This document shows positions 42,505 through 53,620 of a stretch of 64,000 nucleotides of DNA, piece after piece (position 1 is the first letter of the stretch; each line of letters starts with the position of its first letter). The position numbers were made by a program, and so were the translations under genes. The notes beneath the pieces were generated by a model. That model made no database searches. It worked only from the letters and a program-made list of their open reading frames with translations, and had not been told where the DNA came from. Location of the stretch: assembly GCA_965267185.1 (NCBI GenBank), contig OZ253937.1, positions 3,558,064-3,622,063 of the forward strand, written 5' to 3'. This stretch comes from Alphaproteobacteria bacterium. Lineage in GTDB: Bacteria > Pseudomonadota > Alphaproteobacteria > UBA6615.

Positions 42505-44106
42505 ATGACCGTGGAACGTGAATTGGCAGCGGACGCCCGCGCGTGGCCCTTCGAGGAGGCGCGCGCGGTGGTCAAGCGCTTAGGCGGCGCGGAGCCCGAC
42601 CGGGTGCCTGAAAAGGGGTATGTCCTCTTCGAAACCGGCTACGGGCCGTCGGGGTTGCCCCATATCGGCACGTTCGGCGAGGTGGCGCGCACCACCATGG
42701 TGCGCCATGCCTTCGCCACTCTGTCAGACATTCCGACGCGCCTGATCGCCTTTTCCGATGATCTGGACGGCCTGCGCAAGGTGCCGGACAACATTCCCAA
42801 CGGCGAACAGCTCGAGCCGCATTTGGGCAAGCCGCTGACCGCGGTGCCCGATCCGTTCGGCACCCATGACAGCTTCGGCGCGCACAACAATGCGCGGCTT
42901 CAAGCGTTCCTCGATCGTTTCGAGTTCGAGTATGAATTTTTCAGCTCGACCGAGTGCTACCGCGACGGCCGGTTCGACGATGCGCTGCTGAATATGCTGG
43001 CACATTACGACGAGGTGATGAATGTCATCCTGCCGACCCTGGGTAAGGAACGGCAGGCGACGTACAGCCCCTTCCTGCCGATCTGCCCGCGCACCGGCGT
43101 GGTTCTGCAGGTGCCGATGGAGGAAATCAAACCCGATGCGGGTACGGTCGTCTACCGCGATCCTGAAACCGATGCGTTGACCGAAACGCCAGTGACCGGC
43201 GGGCACTGCAAGTTACAGTGGAAAGCCGACTGGGCCATGCGTTGGACCGCACTCGGGGTCGACTACGAGATGTCGGGCAAGGATCTGATCGAGTCGGTGA
43301 AGCTCTCGAGCAAGATCTGCCGTATCTTGGGCGCGCGGCCACCGGAAGGGCTGACCTACGAGCTTTTCCTCGACGAGAACGGTGAGAAGATTTCGAAATC
43401 GCGCGGCAACGGCCTGACCATCGACGAATGGCTCACCTACGGTCCACCGGAGAGCCTCTCGCAGTTCATGTTCAACAAGCCGAAAACCGCCAAGCGGCTG
43501 TACTTCGACGTCATCCCCAAATCGGTCGATGAGTATCTCGGTAATGTGGCGCGTTTTCACCGCCAGGAACCCGCCGACCGTTTGCAGAATTCGGTGTGGC
43601 ACATCCATGGCGGCGCGGTGCCGGAAATCGAAATCGACATCTCGTTTGCCGTGCTGCTCAATCTCGCCAGCGCTTGCAACACCGACGACCCGTCGGTGCT
43701 CTGGGGCTTCATTGGCCGTTATGCGTCAGGCGCGACCCCGGCCAGCGATCCGTTGCTCGACCGCCTAGTCACCCACGCGATGGCCTTCTACCGGGATTTC
43801 GTGAAGCCGGCGAAGCAATACCGCGCCGCGGACGACCGGGAGCGGGCGGCGATGACCGAACTGGCGGACCGGATCGAAGCGCTCCCTCCCGACGCCGACG
43901 CCGAGACCATCCAGAACGAGGTTTATGCCGTGGGCAAAGCGCACGAGTTCGAGCCCCTGCGCGATTGGTTCAAGGCGCTCTACGAAGTGCTGTTTGGCGA
44001 AAGCCAAGGTCCGCGCTTCGGTTCCTTCGCCGCGCTTTACGGCGTGAGCGAGACGGTCGCCCTTATTCGCCGGGCGCTCGCGGGCGAGGATCTCGCTGCC
44101 GAGTAA
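42505..44106 (+). CDS. lysK: Lysine--tRNA ligase, class I
   Basis: HIGH-type PHIGT motif, KMSKS-type KISKS motif, ~530 aa archaeal-type LysRS architecture. Confidence 0.85.
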   Translation: MTVERELAADARAWPFEEARAVVKRLGGAEPDRVPEKGYVLFETGYGPSGLPHIGTFGEVARTTMVRHAFATLSDIPTRLIAFSDDLDGLRKVPDNIPNGEQLEPHLGKPLTAVPDPFGTHDSFGAHNNARLQAFLDRFEFEYEFFSSTECYRDGRFDDALLNMLAHYDEVMNVILPTLGKERQATYSPFLPICPRTGVVLQVPMEEIKPDAGTVVYRDPETDALTETPVTGGHCKLQWKADWAMRWTALGVDYEMSGKDLIESVKLSSKICRILGARPPEGLTYELFLDENGEKISKSRGNGLTIDEWLTYGPPESLSQFMFNKPKTAKRLYFDVIPKSVDEYLGNVARFHRQEPADRLQNSVWHIHGGAVPEIEIDISFAVLLNLASACNTDDPSVLWGFIGRYASGATPASDPLLDRLVTHAMAFYRDFVKPAKQYRAADDRERAAMTELADRIEALPPDADAETIQNEVYAVGKAHEFEPLRDWFKALYEVLFGESQGPRFGSFAALYGVSETVALIRRALAGEDLAAE

Positions 44107-44148
44107 GCCCGCTCCGACCCACACTTCGAGCCGGCCGGTGGTCCTTGG

Positions 44149-45015
44149 TCACCGTTTGGTATGGGCGAAGTCCCAGTAGAGCTCACGGGCGCGCCGATAG
44201 ACCGGTCCCGGCTGTAAATCCCGATCCTCGTAGCGGATCACCGGCTGCACCTTGCCGTAGTTGCCGGTGTTGAAAATCTCGTCGGCTTCCAGCAGTTCTT
44301 CGGTGCGCACTGTCCGTTCGACGACTGTGATGCCGTCGCTGCGCATCAGTTCGATGAGCCGCTGACGGGTAATGCCGTTGAGGAACGAGCCATTCGGGAT
44401 CGGCGTAATGGCGACGCCGTCCTTGACGATCCAAATGTTGGATGTTGCGAATTCGGCGACATGGCCGAGCCCGTCGCGCATGACCGGGTTTTGAAAACCG
44501 CGTTTGCGTGCCTCGACCAGGGCGCGGGAGCTGTTGGGATAGTGGCACGCTGCCTTGGCGTCGGTCGGCGCTGTTTCCGGGCCGGGCCGCCGGTAGCTGC
44601 TCAGGCAACAAGTGAACCCGGCGCCGGTCGGCATCGCCGCCTCGAAGATCGTCAGGGCAAATTTGGTGCTGTCGGGGTCGGGGATCAGCACGTCGAGGGC
44701 GGCATCGGCCCAGAACATCGGGCGGATATAAAGCGCGGCGTCCGGCGCGAATCGCTTGACCCCGTCGAGCGCGATCTCTTCGATTTCGCCGGCGCTCAGC
44801 ATGGCTTTCATGTTCATCGCCGCGGTCGAATCGACGACCCGCTGGCAATGGCGGTCGAGATCGGGGGTCACCCCTTCGAAGGCGCGGGCGCCGTCGAAGG
44901 CGACCGAGCCCAACCAGATCGCGTGAGAGTCGGCGCCGATCAGCGGCACATTGCCGTGCACCCAATCGCCGTCAACGTAAGTCTGTGAAACCCTGGGCTT
45001 GCGGACACTCTTCAT
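44149..45015 (-). CDS. Class IV (branched-chain amino acid / D-amino acid) aminotransferase
   Basis: 288 aa, fold-type IV PLP enzyme pattern (..EIFNTGNYGKV..). Confidence 0.8.
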   Translation of the reverse strand: MKSVRKPRVSQTYVDGDWVHGNVPLIGADSHAIWLGSVAFDGARAFEGVTPDLDRHCQRVVDSTAAMNMKAMLSAGEIEEIALDGVKRFAPDAALYIRPMFWADAALDVLIPDPDSTKFALTIFEAAMPTGAGFTCCLSSYRRPGPETAPTDAKAACHYPNSSRALVEARKRGFQNPVMRDGLGHVAEFATSNIWIVKDGVAITPIPNGSFLNGITRQRLIELMRSDGITVVERTVRTEELLEADEIFNTGNYGKVQPVIRYEDRDLQPGPVYRRARELYWDFAHTKR

Positions 45016-45140
45016 GGTCTTGCGAATGCTCTTCGGTCGCGGGGCCGGTTATCCGAGGTTGAGCATAGCGTTAAGTCCGTTGCCGATACCATACTCCTCT
45101 ACCCCTTTACGCATCCGGGTACCGACCGCATATTGGGGCT

Positions 45141-45734
45141 ATGCCTATTTTGAAAATTGCCCGCATGGGCCACCCCGTTCTACGCCAGCGGGCTGAGGAA
45201 GTGAGCGACCCCACCGCCCTCGATGTGGCACGGCTGGTCGGCGCCATGATCGAAACCATGGAAGACGCCGATGGCACCGGATTGGCCGCGCCGCAGGTGC
45301 ATATGCCGTGGCGGATCGTCGTCTATAAGGTGGTGGCGGAACGCGCCCGGGCCGAGTCAGAGTCCGATGAAGGCGGTTTGGGTGAGGGGGTGCCGACTAC
45401 GGCCATGATCAATCCGGTCGTCGAACCGCTGGGCGAGGAAACCAATGTCGGTTTCGAAGCGTGTCTCTCGGTACCCGAAATGGCCGGACCGGTGCGCCGC
45501 TTCAACCGCGTCCGCGTGACCTATCAAACTTTGGAGGGGAAAACCGTGGAGCGCGAAGCGGAAGGGTTTCATGCGCGCGTGATTCAACATGAGTGCGATC
45601 ACCTGGACGGCATTCTCTATCCCATGCGGATCGAAGACATGTCGCAATTCGGGTTCGTCGACGCTCTGAACAAAGCAGCGGCGGCGGAATCCGAAGCGGA
45701 CGAGCAGGGGGTGAGCGATGCCGCGGCGGAGTAA
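45141..45734 (+). CDS. def: Peptide deformylase
   Basis: Motifs GTGLAAPQV, EACLS (EGCLS), QHECDHLDG (HEXXH). Confidence 0.9.
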   Translation: MPILKIARMGHPVLRQRAEEVSDPTALDVARLVGAMIETMEDADGTGLAAPQVHMPWRIVVYKVVAERARAESESDEGGLGEGVPTTAMINPVVEPLGEETNVGFEACLSVPEMAGPVRRFNRVRVTYQTLEGKTVEREAEGFHARVIQHECDHLDGILYPMRIEDMSQFGFVDALNKAAAAESEADEQGVSDAAAE

Positions 45735-46404
45735 GAAACCGGTGGCTGAGCACCTGCAAGCTGAGCGCCGGGCGATCTTAGACAGGGCGCTCGATCATGT
45801 GCCGTTCGATGGTTGGACCGCGCGAACTTTGCAGCAAGGCGCTGCCGATGCCGGTTTCGACGATACGATGTGGCGCCGCGCCTTCCCCGGTGGTGCGACA
45901 GAGGCGATTGAATTTTGGAGCGCCGAAATTGACCGTGAAATGGCGGCCGCGCTCGCCGAGCAGGACATTGGTTCGCTCAAGATCCGCGAACGCATCGCCG
46001 CGGCGGTTCGATGGCGGCTGGAAACGCAAGCGCCCCATCGCGAAGCGGCGCGGCGCGCGCTCAGCCATCTTGGGCAACCGCAGCACGCGGCGCTGGGTCT
46101 TCGTTGCCTTTACCGCACGGTCGACGAGATGTGGCATGCGGCGGGCGATACCGCGACCGACTATAATTTCTATACCAAACGCGGCCTTCTGGCTGGCGTC
46201 TACACCAGCACGCTTCTGTTCTGGTTCGACGACGACTCGGAAGATCACGCCGCCACTTGGGCGTTTCTTGACCGGCGCATCGCCGATGTCATGCGCGTGC
46301 CCAAAATAACCGGGCGTTTGCGCAAGATCCCTTCGGTCATCCCCCGGCCGGGCCGGTTCGTCCGCAGGGTCCGCGAGCATTTGCGCGAGGGCGAGCGCGG
46401 CTAG
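45718..46404 (+). CDS. COQ9-family protein (ubiquinone biosynthesis accessory protein-like)
   Basis: C-terminal ...FWFDDDSEDHAATWAFLDRRIADVM resembles the COQ9 signature; 228 aa; overlaps the def stop. Confidence 0.55.
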   Translation: MPRRSKKPVAEHLQAERRAILDRALDHVPFDGWTARTLQQGAADAGFDDTMWRRAFPGGATEAIEFWSAEIDREMAAALAEQDIGSLKIRERIAAAVRWRLETQAPHREAARRALSHLGQPQHAALGLRCLYRTVDEMWHAAGDTATDYNFYTKRGLLAGVYTSTLLFWFDDDSEDHAATWAFLDRRIADVMRVPKITGRLRKIPSVIPRPGRFVRRVREHLREGERG

Positions 46405-46508
46405 GCCGCCGTTAACCATTTGCCACAGTTTCGCCTTGTCATCCGCCTAGGGTGCGCGCCGGCCCAATTGCGGCCGTCAATTCGCTGACGCAGCCTGGCA
46501 GCCCCTTC

Positions 46509-47006
46509 ATGCGATGGACTTTGCGAAAATTCGACGCCCTACTCGGCACCGTTTTGGCGGCCTTGGCCGGTATAGCGTTCGCTCAGCTTCCCGCCTTCAT
46601 TCAGCAATATTTGCAGCGGGTCGGCGGCCATATCGACGAGGCGCATTTTCATCTGCTGCAGGTGACGGGGGGAGAGTCTCTACGCACCCTCGATGCGCCC
46701 GCCCGCGAGGTTTTGACCGTATCGCTCGAGCAACGAGTGACTGAACTCCAGTCGGGCGAACAGGCGATTAGCGGGGCCAGTGGAACGCTTCAGCCACTTG
46801 TCTTCCTGCGCGAGCTCGATGTCGATATCGCCATGGCGACCCTGCACTCGTTCGAACCCGCGGTGCCGTTGAGCCTCTCGGGCGTGATCTACGGCTTCGC
46901 CGGCATGGTGGCGGGATGGCTGCTTTACGAGGTCCTCAAGGCGCCTGCGGGGTTCGTGCTTCGCCGCCGGCGACGCCTCCGGACACGCTCGATCGAGCCG
47001 TCCTGA
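46509..47006 (+). CDS. DUF2937-family membrane-associated protein
   Basis: 165 aa with N- and C-terminal hydrophobic helices; conserved hypothetical. Confidence 0.5.
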   Translation: MRWTLRKFDALLGTVLAALAGIAFAQLPAFIQQYLQRVGGHIDEAHFHLLQVTGGESLRTLDAPAREVLTVSLEQRVTELQSGEQAISGASGTLQPLVFLRELDVDIAMATLHSFEPAVPLSLSGVIYGFAGMVAGWLLYEVLKAPAGFVLRRRRRLRTRSIEPS

Positions 47007-47034
47007 CTCGTAAATCTGGGCGTTTGGCGCTGTC

Positions 47035-48051
47035 CTAGAAGACCGTCGCGGCGCCGCTGCCTAGCGAGCCGAGAAACAGCGTAGTCCCGAGCGCCATGAT
47101 AAGCCCGCCACCGGCCAGCGCGACCACTTGACCGGCGGTTTGGACGATACGCCCGTCCGAGCGCACCAGCATTTGCGCGGCTTTCCGGAAGTAGAGGGTC
47201 GATGCGGCCAGTACTGAAACGGTCGAGGCTGTTCCGATCGCGATGGCAAATACGGCGCCTATTCCGGCCATCCGCAGTCCCATCGCCTCGGCGATGAGGA
47301 GCACAAGAACCGCGCCGCTACAGGGCCGGATCCCGATGGATGCCACGATCGGCACGGCGTTGCGCCACGATTTCACTCCACGAAGCTGTTCTTCGTTCGG
47401 ACCGTGGCTGCTACAGCACGCCGCATCGGTGTGGCTGTGAGAAGCGAACTCGACATTACCAGCGGGCTGCATAGACCGGCGAATGGAGAGTATCGCGCGC
47501 ACAACAAGCCACGCGCCGAGGAGGGCCACCAGCGCGAAACTGGCGCTTTCCAATGGACCCACCGCGTCACGAGTTTCCCGCATCGCAAATCCCACGATAT
47601 GTACCAGGCCCAAGACAAGGACGATCGCCGTTAAGCCTTGAACAAGCGACGACAGCCATGCGAGCCCAAGCCCGCGTCGCAGGTCGCTCGGGTGGGTCAG
47701 CAGGTAGGTGGCGATAACGGCCTTGCCGTGGCCGGGCCCGGCGGCGTGAAAAACGCCGTACAGGAAGCTCACAACGATCAGACCCCACGCGGCGGCGAGC
47801 GAGTTTTCGGCGCGTAGGGTTCGCACCGCCGCCGCCAATTCGTTGGTGAACGCCCGTTGCTGGCTTTGCACGTATGTTAGGGCATCGCTCCAGCCCTGCG
47901 ACAGCGCCGTGGTAACCGCGAAACTGTTGCCCGACGACTCTTGGCCAGCCGCTGGCGCAAAACTAGCGAGCACAAAAAGCAAGGCGAGCGTTGTTGCGGC
48001 GGGTAACCGGCCGCCCGAGCTGAAACGTTTATCGTCGCTGGCTATTCGCAC
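47035..48051 (-). CDS. NicO/RcnA-family nickel/cobalt (metal) transporter permease
   Basis: 338 aa polytopic; HAAGPGHGK motif, His-rich loop (EFASHSHTDAACCSSHG). Confidence 0.7.
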   Translation of the reverse strand: MRIASDDKRFSSGGRLPAATTLALLFVLASFAPAAGQESSGNSFAVTTALSQGWSDALTYVQSQQRAFTNELAAAVRTLRAENSLAAAWGLIVVSFLYGVFHAAGPGHGKAVIATYLLTHPSDLRRGLGLAWLSSLVQGLTAIVLVLGLVHIVGFAMRETRDAVGPLESASFALVALLGAWLVVRAILSIRRSMQPAGNVEFASHSHTDAACCSSHGPNEEQLRGVKSWRNAVPIVASIGIRPCSGAVLVLLIAEAMGLRMAGIGAVFAIAIGTASTVSVLAASTLYFRKAAQMLVRSDGRIVQTAGQVVALAGGGLIMALGTTLFLGSLGSGAATVF

Positions 48052-48707
48052 ACTACGGATACTTGTTCGGCGAATAGAACACCGAGTCCGTCGCCGGCGC
48101 TTTCGGTCTTATCGAGAGAGTTGGCGAGTGAAACGGTTTCGAAGTCCGGGTTGGGTTCTTTGATGGCGTAGCGGCAGTCGGGTCTCGCGTCAGGTTCGAG
48201 CACGACCGGTGTGTTCGTTACGTGGAGAAATGAGATGTAATACTGTGGGTCGTAGACGGCGTAGGAAAAAGCCTGCATGAGTGGATCGACGGATTTTTCC
48301 AGAGGGACGATGAAGTCGAGCGTGATCCGGCCATTTTTGACCGTGCTCTCGAACTGGGTGACATCGCCGTAGTCGGGCTGCTCACCGGCGACCTCGATGA
48401 ACGTAAAGTAAGAATGGCTCTTCAAGTTTTCGATATTTTGCTGCGCCAGTGAGCTCAGTTGGGCTGGCGTTAATTCGCCACTCTCGCCCCCCAATTCCTC
48501 GATGAGGAACAGGCTGTAGAGTTCGTCGAACTTCCAATGCACTTGCAAGGCTTCGATATTGCCCGCGTCGTCGAACAAAACGGCGGTGCGCATATCGATC
48601 CAAACATGGGGGTGCGCATGTCCAGACGGGTTAATGAGCACCATCGCCGCGAAAATACCCAACGCCGACAGTAGCCTCTTGGGTCGAAAAATCATCCGGG
48701 GCCTCAA
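48042..48707 (-). CDS. DUF1007-family periplasmic protein (partner of the NicO-like permease)
   Basis: 221 aa with signal peptide and HAHPHVW motif; overlaps the start of the downstream permease gene. Confidence 0.65.
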   Translation of the reverse strand: MRPRMIFRPKRLLSALGIFAAMVLINPSGHAHPHVWIDMRTAVLFDDAGNIEALQVHWKFDELYSLFLIEELGGESGELTPAQLSSLAQQNIENLKSHSYFTFIEVAGEQPDYGDVTQFESTVKNGRITLDFIVPLEKSVDPLMQAFSYAVYDPQYYISFLHVTNTPVVLEPDARPDCRYAIKEPNPDFETVSLANSLDKTESAGDGLGVLFAEQVSVVCE

Positions 48708-49103
48708 TTGGCTATATATTCAAGGACTTATGTGCGAACGCGCAACATGTCAAATCACGTCTACTGTAAAGCGCAGTGTTGTAGCAAATACTAAAGGATT
48801 GGATGTTTTGAATATTTCGTCTTGGCTCCGCACGCGCCTCTTAGGCTCAATCGAATGGCCGGTTTCAGGCGATGGTGCGGGTTTAACGAATTGATTTACT
48901 TGACATATTGGCTGGGAAGGCCCATGTGTCGGCGATAGATTTTTCTCGCGATTGCGCGAAGCGCCGCCGATAGGCGGCGCCACGTCCTGGGAATAACAAT
49001 CAAAAAACATCCCGTCTCGGCCGCGCCCGAGGCAGGGCGAAACGCCAGGGTAGGGCGGTGTCCAGTACATCGGCTACGATATCTGGCGCATAAGGATATC
49101 CAA

Positions 49104-50375
49104 GTGAGTATTAGTAACTTCTCGGAGCTCGGCCTGGCCGATCCGATCCAGCGTGCGTTGAAAAACAGAAACCACGTTACCCCGACGCCGATCCAGGCGC
49201 GGGCCATCCCCAAACTTCTCACCGGCAGAGATATGCTAGGCATCGCTCAGACCGGTACCGGCAAGACAGCAGCCTTTGCGCTGCCGATTCTCCACCTGCT
49301 GTCTCGCAGACGCGTCAAGAAAGGCCCGCGCAGCCCGCGCGCCCTCGTTCTGGCGCCGACCCGCGAGCTGGCGATACAGATCGGCGAAGAGTTTCGCGCT
49401 TACAGCAAGCATCTACATTTGCGCCAAACTGTAATTTTCGGCGGCGTCGGCCAGAGGCCACAGGTCGATGCGTTGTCGCGCGGTGTCGATATTGTCATCG
49501 CGACCCCCGGCCGCCTACTCGACCTCATGAACCAACGGCAACTGCGGCTCGATACGATCGAGTTTTTTGTCCTCGACGAGGCCGACCGGATGCTCGATAT
49601 GGGCTTCATCCGCGACATCCGGAAAGTCATCGCAGCTTTGCCAAAGGCACGTCAGTCGTTGCTGTTTTCCGCCACCATGCCGGGCACCATCGCACGTCTT
49701 GCGGGCGAAATTCTGACCGACCCGATTCGTGTCGAGGTCGCACCCCAGGCGACACCGGTCGAGCGTATCGAGCAAAGCGTCTACCACGCCGCCGCCGCTG
49801 AGAAAGTAGCGTTGCTTGGCGACGTTCTGGACGATGCTGCACTGTCGCGTGTGCTCGTGTTTACACGCACCAAGCATCGCGCCAACCGTGTCGCCGATCA
49901 GCTTGGCAAACGCGGCATCACCGCCGATGCGATCCATGGCAACAAGTCCCAGAGCGCCCGTCAGACGGCACTTAAGCGTTTCCGGGCCGGTAACGTGCGT
50001 GTCCTGGTGGCAACCGATATCGCCGCCCGGGGTATCGATGTTGACGGCGTGACCCACGTCATCAATTACGAGCTCCCCAATGAGCCGGAAAACTATGTCC
50101 ACCGTATTGGGCGTACTGCTCGGGCGGGTGCTTACGGGGTCGCGGTTTCGTTCTGCGATCCGGCGGAGCGCGCCTATTTGCGCGATATCGAACGCTTGAT
50201 CGGGAACCGGTTGAGGGTGGTCGGCGACGAGCCGTCGGCGCCAGCGCGCGAAAAGCCAGGTAAGGCCAAGAAGTCCCGCGGTGGGTCGTGGCGCAAGCGA
50301 AGCCGGCCGCAGACAGCGTCCCGCCATCGCAAGCGGCCGTCGAACCGCCGCGCGGTAGCGCAAGCAAGCAGCTAA
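49104..50375 (+). CDS. rhlE: DEAD-box ATP-dependent RNA helicase (RhlE-like)
   Basis: Q-motif, AQTGTGKT, DEAD (LDEADRM), SAT, HRIGRTAR; basic C-terminal tail. Confidence 0.85.
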   Translation: MSISNFSELGLADPIQRALKNRNHVTPTPIQARAIPKLLTGRDMLGIAQTGTGKTAAFALPILHLLSRRRVKKGPRSPRALVLAPTRELAIQIGEEFRAYSKHLHLRQTVIFGGVGQRPQVDALSRGVDIVIATPGRLLDLMNQRQLRLDTIEFFVLDEADRMLDMGFIRDIRKVIAALPKARQSLLFSATMPGTIARLAGEILTDPIRVEVAPQATPVERIEQSVYHAAAAEKVALLGDVLDDAALSRVLVFTRTKHRANRVADQLGKRGITADAIHGNKSQSARQTALKRFRAGNVRVLVATDIAARGIDVDGVTHVINYELPNEPENYVHRIGRTARAGAYGVAVSFCDPAERAYLRDIERLIGNRLRVVGDEPSAPAREKPGKAKKSRGGSWRKRSRPQTASRHRKRPSNRRAVAQASS

Positions 50376-51490
50376 GGGCGTTCCCGCGGTCTAACCCAGG
50401 TCACGTGGCCCATTTTTCGACCAGGCCGTGTCTCTGTCTTGCCGTAGAGATGTAGGCGCGCGTCCGGGTCGGCGATATAGCGTTGCCAGTCGTCGGCGTC
50501 GTGGCCGATGAGATTTTTCATCGTCGCGTCGGCGTAGCGCTCGGTCGAGCCGAGCGGGAGGCCGCACGCTATGCGCACGGCCTGCTCGAATTGACTGACA
50601 GAGCAGGCGTCAAGGGTCCAGTGTCCGGAGTTATGGGGCCGCGGCGCGATCTCGTTGACCAAGACGCCGCCATCCAGGGTCACGAACATTTCGACTGCCA
50701 GAAGACCGACGATCTGGAGTTCGCTTGCCAGTTTTCTGGCGATGTCGGTTGCGGCCACGGCGACGTCATCGGACACTGGAGCAGGCGCAATGGTTTCATC
50801 GAGAATATAGTTGGCGTGCCGGTTTTCGACCGGCACATAGGTCACCACCGCGCCGTCTTGACCCCGCGCGGCAATCACCGAGATTTCCCGTTCGAAATCG
50901 ACAAAACCCTCCAGAATTGCGCCGCCGGTCGCCGGACCCGCGCCGGATTGCGTCCAGGCGTCGCCCAGATCGGTTTCCGGGTCGATGCGCACCTGACCCT
51001 TGCCGTCGTAGCCCAAACGTGCGGTTTTCAGGATGGCGGGAGCGCCGAGTTCGCCGACTGCCTCGGTCAGCTCGGCTGGGCTGGTGACGGCGCGGTACGG
51101 CGCGGTCGCGACCCCGGCCGCTGTCACGAAATCCTTTTCCTTGATCCGGTCCTGGGCCACAGCCAGTGCTTTTGAGCCGGGCCTAACGCTGGTGCGAGCC
51201 TCGAGATACTCGACGCCTTCTAGCGGTATGTTCTCGAACTCCAGTGTTGCGATGTCGATATCGGCGGCAAAGCGGTCGAGCGCGGCGGTATCGGTGAACG
51301 CTCCCAAGGTGGACCGGTCGGCAACTTGGGCTGCGGGTTCATCGGAAGATTGGCAAAAAACGTGACAGCGATAGCCGAGACGGGCCGCTGCCAACACGAT
51401 CATCCGGCCGAGCTGGCCGCCACCCAAAATACCGATGGTTGAGCCGGGCGAGAGCATCGCCGGCGCGCCGCTACCAGATGCAACGCTCAT
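50372..51490 (-). CDS. purK: N5-carboxyaminoimidazole ribonucleotide synthase
   Basis: ATP-grasp; [11 protein letters not shown]-terminus; coupled to purE. Confidence 0.9.
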   Translation of the reverse strand: MSVASGSGAPAMLSPGSTIGILGGGQLGRMIVLAAARLGYRCHVFCQSSDEPAAQVADRSTLGAFTDTAALDRFAADIDIATLEFENIPLEGVEYLEARTSVRPGSKALAVAQDRIKEKDFVTAAGVATAPYRAVTSPAELTEAVGELGAPAILKTARLGYDGKGQVRIDPETDLGDAWTQSGAGPATGGAILEGFVDFEREISVIAARGQDGAVVTYVPVENRHANYILDETIAPAPVSDDVAVAATDIARKLASELQIVGLLAVEMFVTLDGGVLVNEIAPRPHNSGHWTLDACSVSQFEQAVRIACGLPLGSTERYADATMKNLIGHDADDWQRYIADPDARLHLYGKTETRPGRKMGHVTWVRPRERP

Positions 51491-51978
51491 GCGTCGTCGG
51501 ACGGGATTTCGGCGACGCCGTCGGTTTGCTGCGTGCGCCAGTCGTCGAGAGCTTGTGCAACCGAGGCGTCCTCATTTGCAATAATCGCGGCGGCTAACAG
51601 CGCGCCGTTGACGGCGCCAGCGCGGCCTATCGCCAGAGTGCCAACCGGGATGCCGGCCGGCATCTGGACGATCGATAAGAGGCTATCCATGCCGCTGAGG
51701 GCCTTGCTTTCGACAGGAACGCCCAGGACGGGGACCGGTGTCATCGAGGCTGTCATGCCGGGCAGATGAGCAGCGCCGCCGGCGCCGGCAATAATTGCCT
51801 TGAGGCCGCGCGAGCGGGCGGATTTGGCATAATCGGCCAGTCTGTCGGGGGTCCGATGGGCGGAAACGATACGCACTTCGTGCTCGATTCCGAGCGCTTC
51901 CAGCGTTTCGGCCGCATGACGCATGGTCTGCCAGTCCGACTGGCTGCCCATGATGATACCGACAGTTGGGCTCGCCAT
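51487..51978 (-). CDS. purE: N5-carboxyaminoimidazole ribonucleotide mutase
   Basis: [11 protein letters not shown] and [10 protein letters not shown] motifs. Confidence 0.9.
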   Translation of the reverse strand: MASPTVGIIMGSQSDWQTMRHAAETLEALGIEHEVRIVSAHRTPDRLADYAKSARSRGLKAIIAGAGGAAHLPGMTASMTPVPVLGVPVESKALSGMDSLLSIVQMPAGIPVGTLAIGRAGAVNGALLAAAIIANEDASVAQALDDWRTQQTDGVAEIPSDDA

Positions 51979-52209
51979 GGTTAATATCTCCAGCGGGGGC
52001 GTTCGGGGCGGCGGAAAAGGCGGCGATTATAGGTTTGCGGGCTCGAAGCGCAAGCTGTGCGCGTCTTTAAGTACCGCCAAGTATTTTACATACAATTGTT
52101 GGTATAACGATTTATTAAGTAATTTTCTGCTATATTTAAGGCCAAATCTGCCTTTTAAATCACTCAAAAGGCGCGATTTATTAGACTTTTCGAAGCGAGG
52201 AACGGCCCT

Positions 52210-52962
52210 ATGAAAGTTGGCTCAACGCGGGCAGGAAGCCCCCGCCCAGTTGTTTCGACAGGTGCCGCTCGCGAAGCCGGCCGCGCCTACGCGGCCCGTG
52301 CGACCGCAGATGCCACGGCGGCGGCACCGACGGCGGATGTCGCGACGATTGCCGGTATCCCACGCGACGAGCTGACCCCCAAAGTTCGCGACGCCATCGA
52401 GCTTCTGATGCACGAAGTGCAGCGCATGCGCCAAGAGTTGGAGCAGGCGGAAAAGCGGGTCGCCTATCTCGAGAAACTGGCCGACGAAGATTCCTTGGTG
52501 CCGGTCGCCAACCGGCGCGCGTTCGTGCGCGAGCTGAGCCGTATGGCCGCTTACTCCGAACGCTACAGCTCGGTGTCGAGCGTTTTGTATTTCGATATCG
52601 ACGGCTTCAAAGAAATCAACGATCAGTACGGTCATGCCGCCGGCGATGCCGCTCTGCAGCACATCGCCGAGATTTTCATGCTCAACGTGCGTGAATCCGA
52701 CGTTGTCGGCCGCCTCGGCGGCGATGAGTTCGGCGTTATTCTCGCCCAGTCTGACGCCGCCGCTGCAGCGGAGAAGGCCGCGATCCTCGCTCAGGCGATC
52801 GAAACCACCCCGTTTGTTTGGGAGAACAAAGGCCTCAAAGTGGGTGTCTCCTACGGAGCCTATACGTTCTCGGGCAAGGAAAATGCCGGTGAAGCGCTCC
52901 AGCGCGCCGATCACGCGATGTACAAACAGAAGCAGGTTCGTGCGGCGGCTGCCGCTCAGTAG
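52210..52962 (+). CDS. GGDEF-domain diguanylate cyclase with N-terminal coiled coil
   Basis: RLGGDEFGV active site, RxxD I-site-like region; N-terminal leucine-zipper-like helix. Confidence 0.85.
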   Translation: MKVGSTRAGSPRPVVSTGAAREAGRAYAARATADATAAAPTADVATIAGIPRDELTPKVRDAIELLMHEVQRMRQELEQAEKRVAYLEKLADEDSLVPVANRRAFVRELSRMAAYSERYSSVSSVLYFDIDGFKEINDQYGHAAGDAALQHIAEIFMLNVRESDVVGRLGGDEFGVILAQSDAAAAAEKAAILAQAIETTPFVWENKGLKVGVSYGAYTFSGKENAGEALQRADHAMYKQKQVRAAAAAQ

Positions 52963-52978
52963 GCAGGCGGGCCGGCTG

Positions 52979-53194
52979 TCAGGCGATAATGTCGGGCAGC
53001 AAGAGATCCTCCACCCGCGCAATTTCGTCCTTCAATACTAGCTTGCGTTTCTTGAGCCGCTGTATTTGCAGTTGGTCGAACGGCACTTCGTTGGAAATTC
53101 GTGCGATGACGTCGTCGAGATCGCGGTGCTCGCTCTGAAGGGCTTCCAGACGCCGGCGCAGATCTTCTCTATCGATTGTGTTGTCACTCGTCAC
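52979..53194 (-). CDS. DUF465 (YdcH-like) small coiled-coil protein
   Basis: 71 aa; ...LQIQRLKKRKLVLKDEIARVE... typical of DUF465; GTG start. Confidence 0.5.
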   Translation of the reverse strand: MTSDNTIDREDLRRRLEALQSEHRDLDDVIARISNEVPFDQLQIQRLKKRKLVLKDEIARVEDLLLPDIIA

Positions 53195-53413
53195 GGCAAG
53201 AGCAGTATCCAGCTAGATAGGATCAATTCTCAACAGCCGCGGTCATTATAGCAAAAGCTGGCGCGAATAGTTCGCTCCATTCTCGCCTTTTTGCGAAAAT
53301 CCGTTAAAACGCGCGCCGCAATGCTGGGAGACATCGGGACGCCAGTTGGTTCTTTGCAAATCAGGCGAATCTGAATTAGGATTTGTCTATTACCGCTGAT
53401 CGAAAAGGAGGCG

Positions 53414-53596
53414 ATGTTGGTGTCGATGGAACCGATGGAACCGAATGTTGAGGATCTGAAGCGTAAACATGCAGATCTAGATACTCAGCTCGGCGAGGAA
53501 ACACAGCGCCCTCATCCAGACCAACTCATCATTTCGCATCTCAAACGGGAAAAACTAAAAGTCAAAGACGCGATCGCCAGCTTGGAAAGCGCGTAA
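53414..53596 (+). CDS. DUF465 (YdcH-like) small coiled-coil protein, paralog of 52979..53194
   Basis: 60 aa; ...LIISHLKREKLKVKDAIASLE... ; GGAGG RBS nearby. Confidence 0.5.
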   Translation: MLVSMEPMEPNVEDLKRKHADLDTQLGEETQRPHPDQLIISHLKREKLKVKDAIASLESA

Positions 53597-53620
53597 GCTC
53601 GATGGCTTTTTCTAGACGAT

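Noticed and set aside
48708-49103. Cobalamin (B12) or NiCo riboswitch in the long leader next to the DUF1007/NicO operon.
   Set aside because: No convincing B12 box (GCCACUG core) or NiCo consensus was found. Only loose resemblance (GCGCCACG) is present.
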